Origin: Planctomycetota bacterium
GTDB taxonomy: Bacteria > Planctomycetota > Phycisphaerae > Phycisphaerales > UBA1924
Length of the DNA: 64,000 nt
NCBI GenBank assembly: GCA_039182735.1
Contig: JBCDCB010000006.1
Location: 4,971-68,970, forward strand
Reading direction: 5' to 3'
In this document: piece after piece, positions 1 through 7,684 of the stretch
Numbering within the stretch: position 1 is the first letter of the stretch
Layout of the letters: every line of letters starts with the position of its first letter
The notes under the pieces: model-generated
Database searches by the model: none
The model's input: the letters and a program-made list of their open reading frames with translations, nothing else
What the model was told of the DNA's origin: nothing
Program-made: the position numbers and the translations under genes

Positions 1-992
1 TCGCCGCCAGCGCCACGACGGTCTACTGGCTCACCAAGCTGCTCGACCTTCCGCTGCTCTTCCAAACCGTGATCAGTTCGGCGGCACGGGTCATCGCGAT
101 CTTCGCACTCTTCTGGGCGATTTACCGGGTCGTGGACCTCGCCGCCGAGGCCTTCGCGATACACACCGCAAAAACCCGCAGCAAGTTCGACGACCTCCTC
201 GTCCCGCTGCTGCGCAAGGCGAGCAAGATCTTCGTCGCCGCCGCAGGCCTGTACTTCGTTGCGACGTCGCTCAACATCCCGCTCGGCCCCCTGCTCGCCA
301 CGCTGGGCCTCACCTCGCTCGCACTCGGTCTCGCGGCGAAGGACACCGTCGAGAACTTCTTCGGCTCCGTCGCCGTCATCACCGACCGACCCTTCAGCGT
401 CGGGGATTGGGTCGTCATCAACGACACCGAGGGCACCGTCGAGGAGCTCGGCTTCCGCTCCACGCGCATCCGCACCTTCTACAACTCGCTCGTCACCGTC
501 CCCAACGCCACGCTCGTGCGTGCGAGCGTGGATAACTACGGCAGGCGCATCTACCGGCGCTACAAGACGATGATCTCCATCACCTACGACACGCCGCCCG
601 ACACCATCGAAGCTTTCTGCGAGGGGGTGCGCGAGCTCATCCGCAAGCACCCGCACACCCGCAAGGACTTCTTCATGGTCGAGCTCAGCGAGTTCGGCGC
701 ACACTCGCTCGACATCATCCTGTACATGTTCTTCCGAGTGCCGGACTGGAACATGGAACGGCGCGAACGCCACCGCCTGATCCTCGACATCATCCGCCTG
801 GCCGACAAGCTCGGCGTGCGGTTCGCCTTCCCCACGCAGACGCTGCACATGTACAACGAAACCGACAACCGCCCGGGCCCTTTCGAACCGGGCAAGGCTT
901 TCCCGCAGCGGCGCGGCGAGCCCGACTCGCGCAAGCTGGGCACCGAGTCGGCGGCGGAAGTCATGGAGGGTTCGGAGTGGAAGCGTTCGTGA
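1..992 (+). CDS. MscS-family mechanosensitive ion channel (5'-partial; frame is open to the window edge, first in-window start is GTG at 69)
   Basis: Translation has a TM helix then the MscS beta-domain pattern (PFSVGDWVVINDTEGTVEELGFRSTRIRT...DNYG). No stop lies upstream in frame back to nt 3. Stop TGA at 990-992. Confidence 0.75.
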   Translation, partial: AASATTVYWLTKLLDLPLLFQTVISSAARVIAIFALFWAIYRVVDLAAEAFAIHTAKTRSKFDDLLVPLLRKASKIFVAAAGLYFVATSLNIPLGPLLATLGLTSLALGLAAKDTVENFFGSVAVITDRPFSVGDWVVINDTEGTVEELGFRSTRIRTFYNSLVTVPNATLVRASVDNYGRRIYRRYKTMISITYDTPPDTIEAFCEGVRELIRKHPHTRKDFFMVELSEFGAHSLDIILYMFFRVPDWNMERRERHRLILDIIRLADKLGVRFAFPTQTLHMYNETDNRPGPFEPGKAFPQRRGEPDSRKLGTESAAEVMEGSEWKRS

Positions 993-999
993 CGGCGCA

Positions 1000-2433
1000 T
1001 CACGCCGCCGTGGGCAGCTCCGCGATCATCCATCGGTTCTTGCCCGCGCGCTTGCTGTCGTAGAGCGCGCGGTCCGCCGAGAGCAGCAGCTCGTCGCGCG
1101 AGACGGTCTGCCTGCGATGCTTCTCGTCGCCCGGCACGGGCGCAAAGACCGCGACGCCGATGCTCACCGTGGTCCCGAACGTCCCGCCGTCGGGATCGCC
1201 CACGCGGAGTTCCTCGATCACGGATCGCAAACGCTCGGCGAGGTGCTCGGCGCCCTCGACGCCGCAGTTCGCCGCGATCACCGCGAACTCCTCGCCGCCG
1301 AACCGCGCGACCATGTCCATCCGGCGGGCGGCGGCACGCATCGCCTCGGCGGTGCGCGTCAGCAGCGCGTCTCCCGCCAGATGCCCGTACGTGTCGTTGA
1401 TCTGCTTGAAGTTGTCCAGATCGCACAGCAGCACCGCGAGCGGCTTGCGCTCGCGCCGCGCGCGCTCGATCTCCTCGACGAGGCGCCGTTCGAAGGCGGC
1501 ACGCGTCCGCACGCCCGTGAGCTCGTCCGTCTCAACGCGCCGCGTGAGCTCCTCGCGCTCCCGCTCGAGGGCCCGGTTGCGGTGCGCGAAGCCCAGCGAG
1601 AGCTCGGCCACGATCGCCGGCGCCTTCGTCCGAACCTCATCACGCCAGCCCGCATCCATTTCATCTCCGCAAGTGGCTGGTTCCGTGCGCTCCACCGCGC
1701 GATCGGCGAACCACAGGGCGTGCGCGACGCCACGCTCCTCGCCCGGGCTCTCGGGCTCATCGAGCGATTCGATCAGGGCGGCGCCTCCGTCATGCGCGCG
1801 CCACGTCCGCAGCAAGTGCGCCGCGAGCGCGAATCCACTGCGACCGAACGTCTCGATCTCCTGTTCTCGGAGAGAAAACGGGTGCTCGCGCTGCAGCGTG
1901 CGCCACGCGGGATCATGCACCGCGGCGAGCACGCGCCCGGTCTCTGCGAGCGCCGACGCCGCGGCGATCGACCTCGCCCCTTTCGCATCAAAACGGTCAA
2001 AGACGCGCAGCGCGCGATCGCAGCGCTGGCGCGCGCGCACGGCGCAACGGGTCACGGCATCCAGTACGTCGTCGTCGAGTTCCGCTGTCGCGAGCAATGC
2101 GCTCAGCCCGAGCAGTCGGAGCGTTCGCTCGCCGAGCGCGCTGACCGCCTCAAGCGGATCCCAAAGAGACCCGGGCGTGCCAAACATCGGATTGTTCGCG
2201 AAGCGCACCGAGGTCGCGAGCAACCCCGGGTCCAGCAGCGCGGGTGACGCGAGATCACGCGGCAACGTCTGGTCGGCGTCGATCAGCCACCCCGCCGACG
2301 AAGCGCACAGCGGGAGCGTCTGCTCCTGGTGCCAAGAATCTCCCCAAGGCTTGCACACGTCTCGATCCTCGATGTGTTCCGCACGCATCGCGTGCCCAAC
2401 CCGCCGCTCTCCACGGCTCCGCACACCTTCCAA
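1000..2433 (-). CDS. HDOD-GGDEF diguanylate cyclase
   Basis: C-terminal GGDEF domain with RFGGEEFAV active-site motif and LLCDLDNFKQINDTYGH. N-terminal half is HDOD-like (LRLLGLSALLA...). Start may be M1 or M16. Confidence 0.8.
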   Translation of the reverse strand: MEGVRSRGERRVGHAMRAEHIEDRDVCKPWGDSWHQEQTLPLCASSAGWLIDADQTLPRDLASPALLDPGLLATSVRFANNPMFGTPGSLWDPLEAVSALGERTLRLLGLSALLATAELDDDVLDAVTRCAVRARQRCDRALRVFDRFDAKGARSIAAASALAETGRVLAAVHDPAWRTLQREHPFSLREQEIETFGRSGFALAAHLLRTWRAHDGGAALIESLDEPESPGEERGVAHALWFADRAVERTEPATCGDEMDAGWRDEVRTKAPAIVAELSLGFAHRNRALEREREELTRRVETDELTGVRTRAAFERRLVEEIERARRERKPLAVLLCDLDNFKQINDTYGHLAGDALLTRTAEAMRAAARRMDMVARFGGEEFAVIAANCGVEGAEHLAERLRSVIEELRVGDPDGGTFGTTVSIGVAVFAPVPGDEKHRRQTVSRDELLLSADRALYDSKRAGKNRWMIAELPTAA

Positions 2434-2460
2434 TTCGGTCGGACGAGAGGCAAGGACAAG

Positions 2461-3333
2461 TCATCCCGAACCCCCAGACCGTGCGAGAATTCGCCGATCC
2501 ACACGCGCAGGGGTCGGATTCTCGGACGTGCGCGAACGCGTCGGGAGCGCCGCTCGGGGTTCAGTCGCGAAGGGGCGTTCGCCACGCAGACGCCGCGCGA
2601 TGTCCGCGATCAGGCGTTCGTCAGAGGGCATGTTGAGGTGGGAGGCCTCGAACGGCGGGTTGGGGACCCACCACGGAGTCTCGCCGGTCATCGCCGTGTT
2701 CTCGACGCCCACAATAGTGTCGCAGAGGCGCACGTACGGGTACACCTCGTACGCGCGTGCGCCGAGTTCGGCGTCGAGCCTCGCGAGAAAGGCCGAGCCC
2801 GCCTGCATGTCGAAGGGGCGGTTGTCGAACGACGCGATCCACGCGAGCCGCGCCCCGCGGTGCGGCGTCGCGAGGGTGAACAGGCGGTTGATCTCGAGCA
2901 CGCGTCCGGGGTCGCTCTCGGCGCGGGCCATCGCCGCGAACCTCGCGACCAGGCCTCCCATCGAGACACCGACGACATCGACCTCGACCGTGCGCGCCTC
3001 GTCGGGCGAGGGGAACCGCTGCTCGAGACGATCGAGCGCACGGTCCCGGCACGACTCCCACGAACGGACCGACCAGAACGGAACCTCGATGATCATCTCG
3101 GGCGTGCTCGTCACGGCGCGGAGCATCTCGGCCGTCGTATGCACGCCACCGCCGGGGTCCCAGTACCCGGCAAGCACCAGCACCGGGCGTTCGAGCGGCT
3201 TGGGCGTGCGCTGCATCGCACGCAGGGCCGAGCGCCCTTCTTCGAGCGACAAGTCGAGCGACGGATTCGCGCGCTGCGGCGATCCGCAGCCCGCGAGCGT
3301 CGCGAACATCAGCATGATGGCGAGGCGTCGCAC
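2461..3333 (-). CDS. Lipoprotein alpha/beta-hydrolase (lipase/esterase-like)
   Basis: Lipoprotein signal MLMFATLAGC, GxSxG nucleophile elbow GVSMGG, conserved LFTLATPHRG block. Confidence 0.6.
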   Translation of the reverse strand: MRRLAIMLMFATLAGCGSPQRANPSLDLSLEEGRSALRAMQRTPKPLERPVLVLAGYWDPGGGVHTTAEMLRAVTSTPEMIIEVPFWSVRSWESCRDRALDRLEQRFPSPDEARTVEVDVVGVSMGGLVARFAAMARAESDPGRVLEINRLFTLATPHRGARLAWIASFDNRPFDMQAGSAFLARLDAELGARAYEVYPYVRLCDTIVGVENTAMTGETPWWVPNPPFEASHLNMPSDERLIADIARRLRGERPFATEPRAALPTRSRTSENPTPARVDRRILARSGGSG

Positions 3334-3362
3334 GAGCGATCAGCGTAGTCGAACGCCCGACG

Positions 3363-4160
3363 TCAGTTGCCGGACGGCGGGCCACCCGCGCGCGCGAAGG
3401 GTTCTTCGCCGCGCAGGCGTCGGGCCGCGTCGGCGAGTAAGCGCGCGTCGGTCGAGACCATCAGATGCCCCAGCGACCACCAGGGAGTGCGCACCCACAT
3501 CGGCTCCACTCCGGGCGGTGCGGTCTGCTTGGCGCCGACCCAGACATCGCGCGTGCGCCCGTAGGGCGTGAGGCGATCGCGCGGCACGCCCTCGCCGCGC
3601 TCCAGCGCCGCGTCGAGTTGCGCCAACCGATCCGATCCCGGTTTCATGTCGCGTGCCGCCGAATCGAGCGCGATCCACCGCGCGAGCTGCGCGCCGCGGT
3701 GCGGCGTCGCGAGCGTAAACAGACGGTGTACGCGTAGGCGGGGGATGCCGAGCGCTGCGCTCGTGGACGGAAGCGACGCGAAGCGGCTGAGCAGGCCGCC
3801 CATGGAGACCGCGATGACATCGACTTCGACCGTCTCGCCGTCGTGCTCGCCCCACGCGTTCACAACTCGAGAAACGGAGTGCCGCGCGGCCGACTCGAAC
3901 GAACCGCACGAGAAGTACGACACCGGGAGCACGCGGCTCGCGTCGCACGCGAAGACCGAGCGGAAGACGCGCGCGTTGTGCCGCGCCAGCAGCGGCCACG
4001 CGCGCCAGCCGGCGATGCAGACGATCGGTCGCGTGAGGGGCTTCCGATCACGGCGCATGCGCGCGAGATCTCGTTGCGCGTCGGCAATAGAGAGGTCGAA
4101 GTCCGGGTTGCCGCGTGTCACGCGTCCGGCTCTGGCTGCGGATGCGGTGTGTTCAGCCAT
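3363..4160 (-). CDS. Alpha/beta-hydrolase, paralog of the 2461-3333 gene (start chosen at internal ATG 4158-4160; the ORF runs on to 4448)
   Basis: Shares VIAVSMGGLLSRFA, LFTLATPHRGAQLA and C-terminal RRLRGEEPFA blocks with the neighbouring gene. The upstream ORF extension is Arg-rich low complexity that overlaps plsC. Confidence 0.5.
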   Translation of the reverse strand: MAEHTASAARAGRVTRGNPDFDLSIADAQRDLARMRRDRKPLTRPIVCIAGWRAWPLLARHNARVFRSVFACDASRVLPVSYFSCGSFESAARHSVSRVVNAWGEHDGETVEVDVIAVSMGGLLSRFASLPSTSAALGIPRLRVHRLFTLATPHRGAQLARWIALDSAARDMKPGSDRLAQLDAALERGEGVPRDRLTPYGRTRDVWVGAKQTAPPGVEPMWVRTPWWSLGHLMVSTDARLLADAARRLRGEEPFARAGGPPSGN

Positions 4161-4846
4161 GCGGCGCGATCGTCTCCGGGGCCGGGCGCCGGGTACCTGC
4201 CGGCGCTCGCGCTTCGCAGCATCGTTCGGAGTTCGAGCCGCAGGGTTTCGACGCGCTCTTCGAGCGCGCAGATCGCGCCGTCGGCACCGAGTTCGATCAG
4301 TTCGCGCGATTCGATCGGCTCGCCAAACGCGCAGGCGACACGCTTGCCCAGCAGGCTCGGGAGCTTCTGCCCCCTGGGCCACGCGTCGAAGCAGCCCTCG
4401 ATCGCCGCAGGCACGACGACGCATCCGCCCTTTTTGATGAGCAGCCACGTGCCGCGCTTGAAGGGCTTGAGCGCGCCGTCGGGCGTGCGCGCCCCCTCCG
4501 CGAAGATGACGACCGCCTTGCCATCGCCCAGACGTGTGAGCGCTTCGCGGATCGCGGGCATGTCCGACTCGCCCGGCGTGATCGGGATCGCGTTGACCGC
4601 GCGGATCACCTTGCCAAAAAACCCCGAGAAAAGCGTGACCCGCGCGAGGTAGTGCGTCTGGCGGTGCAGGATTCCGCCGCCGATCAGCGGCGGGTCGAGG
4701 TGCGACTGGTGGTTCGCCACGATGATCACCGCGCCCTGCTTCGGCACACGGTCCTTGCGCAGGTACCGCACGCGGTAGAAGAGCGTAGTGAAGAGCAGGA
4801 TCGCGTAGTCGATCGACCAGAACAGCAGCGGCTGCAGACGGCTCAC
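4118..4846 (-). CDS. plsC: 1-acyl-sn-glycerol-3-phosphate acyltransferase
   Basis: HX4D acyltransferase motif NHQSHLDP plus an FAEGARTPDG block. Start set at GTG 4846, 4 nt after the cmk stop. Confidence 0.75.
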   Translation of the reverse strand: MSRLQPLLFWSIDYAILLFTTLFYRVRYLRKDRVPKQGAVIIVANHQSHLDPPLIGGGILHRQTHYLARVTLFSGFFGKVIRAVNAIPITPGESDMPAIREALTRLGDGKAVVIFAEGARTPDGALKPFKRGTWLLIKKGGCVVVPAAIEGCFDAWPRGQKLPSLLGKRVACAFGEPIESRELIELGADGAICALEERVETLRLELRTMLRSASAGRYPAPGPGDDRAAWLNTPHPQPEPDA

Positions 4847-4850
4847 GCGT

Positions 4851-5639
4851 TCACCCCGCACCGGTCTCGGCGTGATCGCGCACCGCCTCGCGCACGATCC
4901 GCACGATCTCATCGACCACCGCCGAGCGCGTGAGCAGCGACGTGTCGAGCTCGACCGCGTCGTCCGGTTTGGTGAGCGGGCCTACCGCGCGGTTCATATC
5001 GCGCTCGTCTCGCTGGCGCAGTTCCTCTTCGATTTGATCGACGTTTGCCGGCACGCCCGACGTGAGCAGCTGCGCCGCGCGACGCTCGGCCCGCACGCGA
5101 GGCGACGCGAACAGAAAGATCTTGACCTCGGCTTGGGGAAAGACCACCGAGCCCTGGTCGCGCCCTTCGCTCAGCAGGCGCGGGTGCTCGCGCCCGATCC
5201 GTCGCTGCGCCTCGACCAGGACCTCGCGCACTTCGGGCAACGCCGAGACGGGCGAGACCGCGGAATCGACGTCGGGCTGGCGCAGACGCAGCGGATCGAT
5301 CGCCTTGCCGTGCAGCGTGATACGCGGGGGCGCGTCGTGCTCCTCGGCGCTGTACGAGAGCTCGGACTCACGCAGCGCCTTGGCCACGGCGGGACCCTCG
5401 TCGAGCGGGATCCCGCTGCGTAGCGCGAGCAGCGTCGCGGCGCGATACATCGCACCGGTGTCGAGGAACCACAGCCCGAGCGTGCGCGCGGCGAGGCGGC
5501 TCACCGAAGACTTGCCGGCGCCGGCGGGGCCGTCGATCGTCACGATCGTGCGCACGGTATCGGGCTTGCGCTCGATCTCGCTCGTCACGCCTTCCGCTCC
5601 GCTCTGGATCCCGTCGGTTGCTGCGCTGGGTGCCGGCAT
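4851..5639 (-). CDS. cmk: Cytidylate kinase
   Basis: P-loop IVTIDGPAGAGKSS and CMP-binding blocks. The N-terminal 30 aa may be over-extended. Confidence 0.8.
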   Translation of the reverse strand: MPAPSAATDGIQSGAEGVTSEIERKPDTVRTIVTIDGPAGAGKSSVSRLAARTLGLWFLDTGAMYRAATLLALRSGIPLDEGPAVAKALRESELSYSAEEHDAPPRITLHGKAIDPLRLRQPDVDSAVSPVSALPEVREVLVEAQRRIGREHPRLLSEGRDQGSVVFPQAEVKIFLFASPRVRAERRAAQLLTSGVPANVDQIEEELRQRDERDMNRAVGPLTKPDDAVELDTSLLTRSAVVDEIVRIVREAVRDHAETGAG

Positions 5640-5665
5640 GGAGCCTCCGTCGTGGTGCGCATCGG

Positions 5666-6457
5666 TCAGGACGCCGCGGCTTCGATCAGCGCCGCAACGC
5701 GTTCGCTCGCGGCCTGCAGCGCCGGGATCGGATCGCCCTTGCCTTGGTAGGCCAGCGAGAACCGCCCGTCGTACCCCACGGCGCGGATCGTCTCGAACAT
5801 CGTGTCGAAGTCGTACCCGCCCCGGTGCCCGCCCTCGTCGAAGTCCCCGATCGTCGCGAGCACGTCCCCCGCGTATGGCGTCAGCGCGCGCAGGTACTCG
5901 CTCGCGTCGCCCTGCTCGGCGGCGACCGCGAAGTCGGGGAACGAACCGATCCGGAACCCGCCGACCTTGCGGATCATGCCCGTCAGACCCGTGGGCTCAC
6001 CCGTCAGGGGGCCGCTCGGCATCATCAGCAGGTTGAGCTCGGACCGTTCCGCCTGCGCCATCAGCACCTTGAGCGATTCGGCGACGCGGTCGGCCGTCTG
6101 TTCATCGCCCTTGTCCGAGAGCTTGATCACCACGCCCGAACAGCCCAAGCGGTGCCCCACACGCAGCACGCGTGCGAGCCGCGTCGTGGCGGCTTCCGAG
6201 GCGCCCTCGCCCTTCTTGCCGATCTCGTGCGATTGGTCCTCCACGAGCAGCAGGCACGGGCAGCCGGCCTTATCCGCGGAGTCGCGCAGGCGATCGATCT
6301 CCGCTTCGGTCCAGCCGGCGAGCATCGACGTCGGGACGTTCAGCCCGTGGAGTTCGACGCGCTCGCGCACGAACGACGGAACCCGCAAGAGGTCTTCCGG
6401 CGCGTCGGGCTTCCCGAGGCGTCCCTGGAACGAGCTGGCGGAAAAGGTCAAGAGCAT
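5666..6457 (-). CDS. Xylose-isomerase-like TIM-barrel protein (sugar phosphate isomerase/epimerase family), tentative
   Basis: About 260 aa with an alternating beta/alpha pattern, VELHGLNV, LNLLMMP and YDGRFSLAYQG blocks typical of AP-endonuclease-2 / sugar isomerase TIM barrels. Weak call. Confidence 0.4.
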   Translation of the reverse strand: MLLTFSASSFQGRLGKPDAPEDLLRVPSFVRERVELHGLNVPTSMLAGWTEAEIDRLRDSADKAGCPCLLLVEDQSHEIGKKGEGASEAATTRLARVLRVGHRLGCSGVVIKLSDKGDEQTADRVAESLKVLMAQAERSELNLLMMPSGPLTGEPTGLTGMIRKVGGFRIGSFPDFAVAAEQGDASEYLRALTPYAGDVLATIGDFDEGGHRGGYDFDTMFETIRAVGYDGRFSLAYQGKGDPIPALQAASERVAALIEAAAS

Positions 6458-6536
6458 CGTCCCGTGGAATCTACCCGACCGGTGGCGGGCCCGCAGCCCA
6501 CCGCAATCCGGCCCGGCTCACGCTATCTTCTTCTGT

Positions 6537-6920
6537 ATGAGCATCCCCTCCGATCGCCGGTACTCCGACACGCACGAGTGGTTCAAGATCGACGGGTCCA
6601 CCGTCACCATCGGGATCACCAAGTTCGCCGTGGACGAACTCACGGACATCACATATGTGCAGATGCACGACGTCGGGACGTCGATCGAGCAGGGCGGGAC
6701 GATCGGCGAGGTCGAGTCGGTCAAGGCCACGAGCGATATCTACTCCGCCGTCGCCGGCGAAATCAGCGAGGTCAACGGCGCGCTCGATGAAGACCCCGCC
6801 ACGCTCAACACCGATCCCTACGAAGCCGGCTGGCTCATCAAGCTCAACGCGGGCGACACCTCCGCGCTCGACGACCTCATGGACGCCGCGGCGTACGAGG
6901 CGAAGTACGGCGCCTCCTGA
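6537..6920 (+). CDS. gcvH: Glycine cleavage system H protein
   Basis: 127 aa, lipoyl-lysine motif ESVKATSDIYSAV, N-terminal YSDTHEWFKIDG. ATG at 6537 was verified by codon walk. The listed ORF 5802-6920 is an upstream over-extension. Confidence 0.85.
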   Translation: MSIPSDRRYSDTHEWFKIDGSTVTIGITKFAVDELTDITYVQMHDVGTSIEQGGTIGEVESVKATSDIYSAVAGEISEVNGALDEDPATLNTDPYEAGWLIKLNAGDTSALDDLMDAAAYEAKYGAS

Positions 6921-6949
6921 CCCACGCCGACGCGCTACCCTCACATCCC

Positions 6950-7684
6950 ATGATCCGATGCACCGACGTGCACAAGTCGTACCGTCTTGGCGATCGCACC
7001 GTGCCCGCCGTGCGCGGCGCAACACTTCAGATCGACAAGCCGGGCTTCTACGGGCTCATGGGACCGTCGGGCAGCGGGAAGAGCACGCTGCTCCATCTCC
7101 TCGCCGGGCTCGATCGGCCCGACGAAGGCGAGATCGACGTCGATGGCAAACGCCTCGACACACTCAATGAAGCCGGGCTCACCGCGTACCGGCGCGAGTC
7201 CATCGGCATCATCTTCCAGCAGTTCAACCTCATCTCCACCATGAGCGCCCGCGAGAACGTCGCGCTGCCGGGCATCCTCGCCGGCAAGAACGAACGCGAG
7301 CTCAGCGCCCGCGCCGACGACCTGCTCTCACGGCTCGGGCTTGAGGGTCGCGGCGATCACCGACCCGACGCGCTCAGCGGCGGCGAACAGCAACGCGTCG
7401 CCATCGCGCGAGCCCTGCTCTTCGAGCCTTCGCTCATCCTCGCCGACGAGCCGACCGGCAACCTCGACAGCGCTTCGAGCGAACGCCTGTGGGCGCTGCT
7501 CGCGGACGTCGCGCGCGAACGCGACACGACCATCCTCATGGTCACCCACGAGCCCGCCGCCGCCGCGCACTGCAGGACCGTCTACTGCATCCGCGACGGC
7601 GTCATCAGCGGGCACATCAACACGGAGGACCTCGATGCGAGCGGCGTGGCGGCTGAGTACCAACGCCTTGGGCGGTCGGCGTAG
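6950..7684 (+). CDS. ABC transporter ATP-binding protein (LolD/MacB-type)
   Basis: Walker [13 protein letters not shown] signature [15 protein letters not shown], Walker [14 protein letters not shown]-loop. Confidence 0.85.
   Translation: MIRCTDVHKSYRLGDRTVPAVRGATLQIDKPGFYGLMGPSGSGKSTLLHLLAGLDRPDEGEIDVDGKRLDTLNEAGLTAYRRESIGIIFQQFNLISTMSARENVALPGILAGKNERELSARADDLLSRLGLEGRGDHRPDALSGGEQQRVAIARALLFEPSLILADEPTGNLDSASSERLWALLADVARERDTTILMVTHEPAAAAHCRTVYCIRDGVISGHINTEDLDASGVAAEYQRLGRSA

Noticed and set aside
1160-3571. 803-aa plus-strand ORF (and many other 100-450-aa ORFs such as 584-1426, 1117-2247, 2329-3348, 3568-4437, 7745-9109, 8985-10159, 10658-12748, 12899-14665, 13665-15188, 21359-22180, 22639-24021, 24523-25344, 25432-26661, 26631-28151, 28690-30777, 32084-32854, 32973-34835, 35659-36447, 37773-39020, 39838-41268, 42457-44661, 50506-51846, 51362-52684, 53538-55154, 56323-57315, 57814-60579, 60952-62136)
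   Set aside because: Arg/Ala/Pro/Ser-rich low-complexity translations lying antisense or out of frame to genes with clear family motifs. These are the expected stop-codon-poor artefacts of about 70% GC DNA.
5802-6536. Upstream 245 codons of the listed 372-aa ORF ending in gcvH
   Set aside because: Only the last 127 aa match GcvH. The upstream part is S/P/R-rich and antisense to the 5666-6457 gene. Start reset to ATG 6537.
6458-6536. Glycine riboswitch upstream of gcvH
   Set aside because: The spacer is only about 80 nt, too short for a glycine aptamer. Only a GCGGGCCCGC palindrome is present.
7341-7634. N-terminal 98 codons of the 951-aa permease ORF
   Set aside because: S/P/T/R-rich, and overlaps the ABC ATPase gene in another frame. 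Conserved permease sequence begins at ATG 7635.
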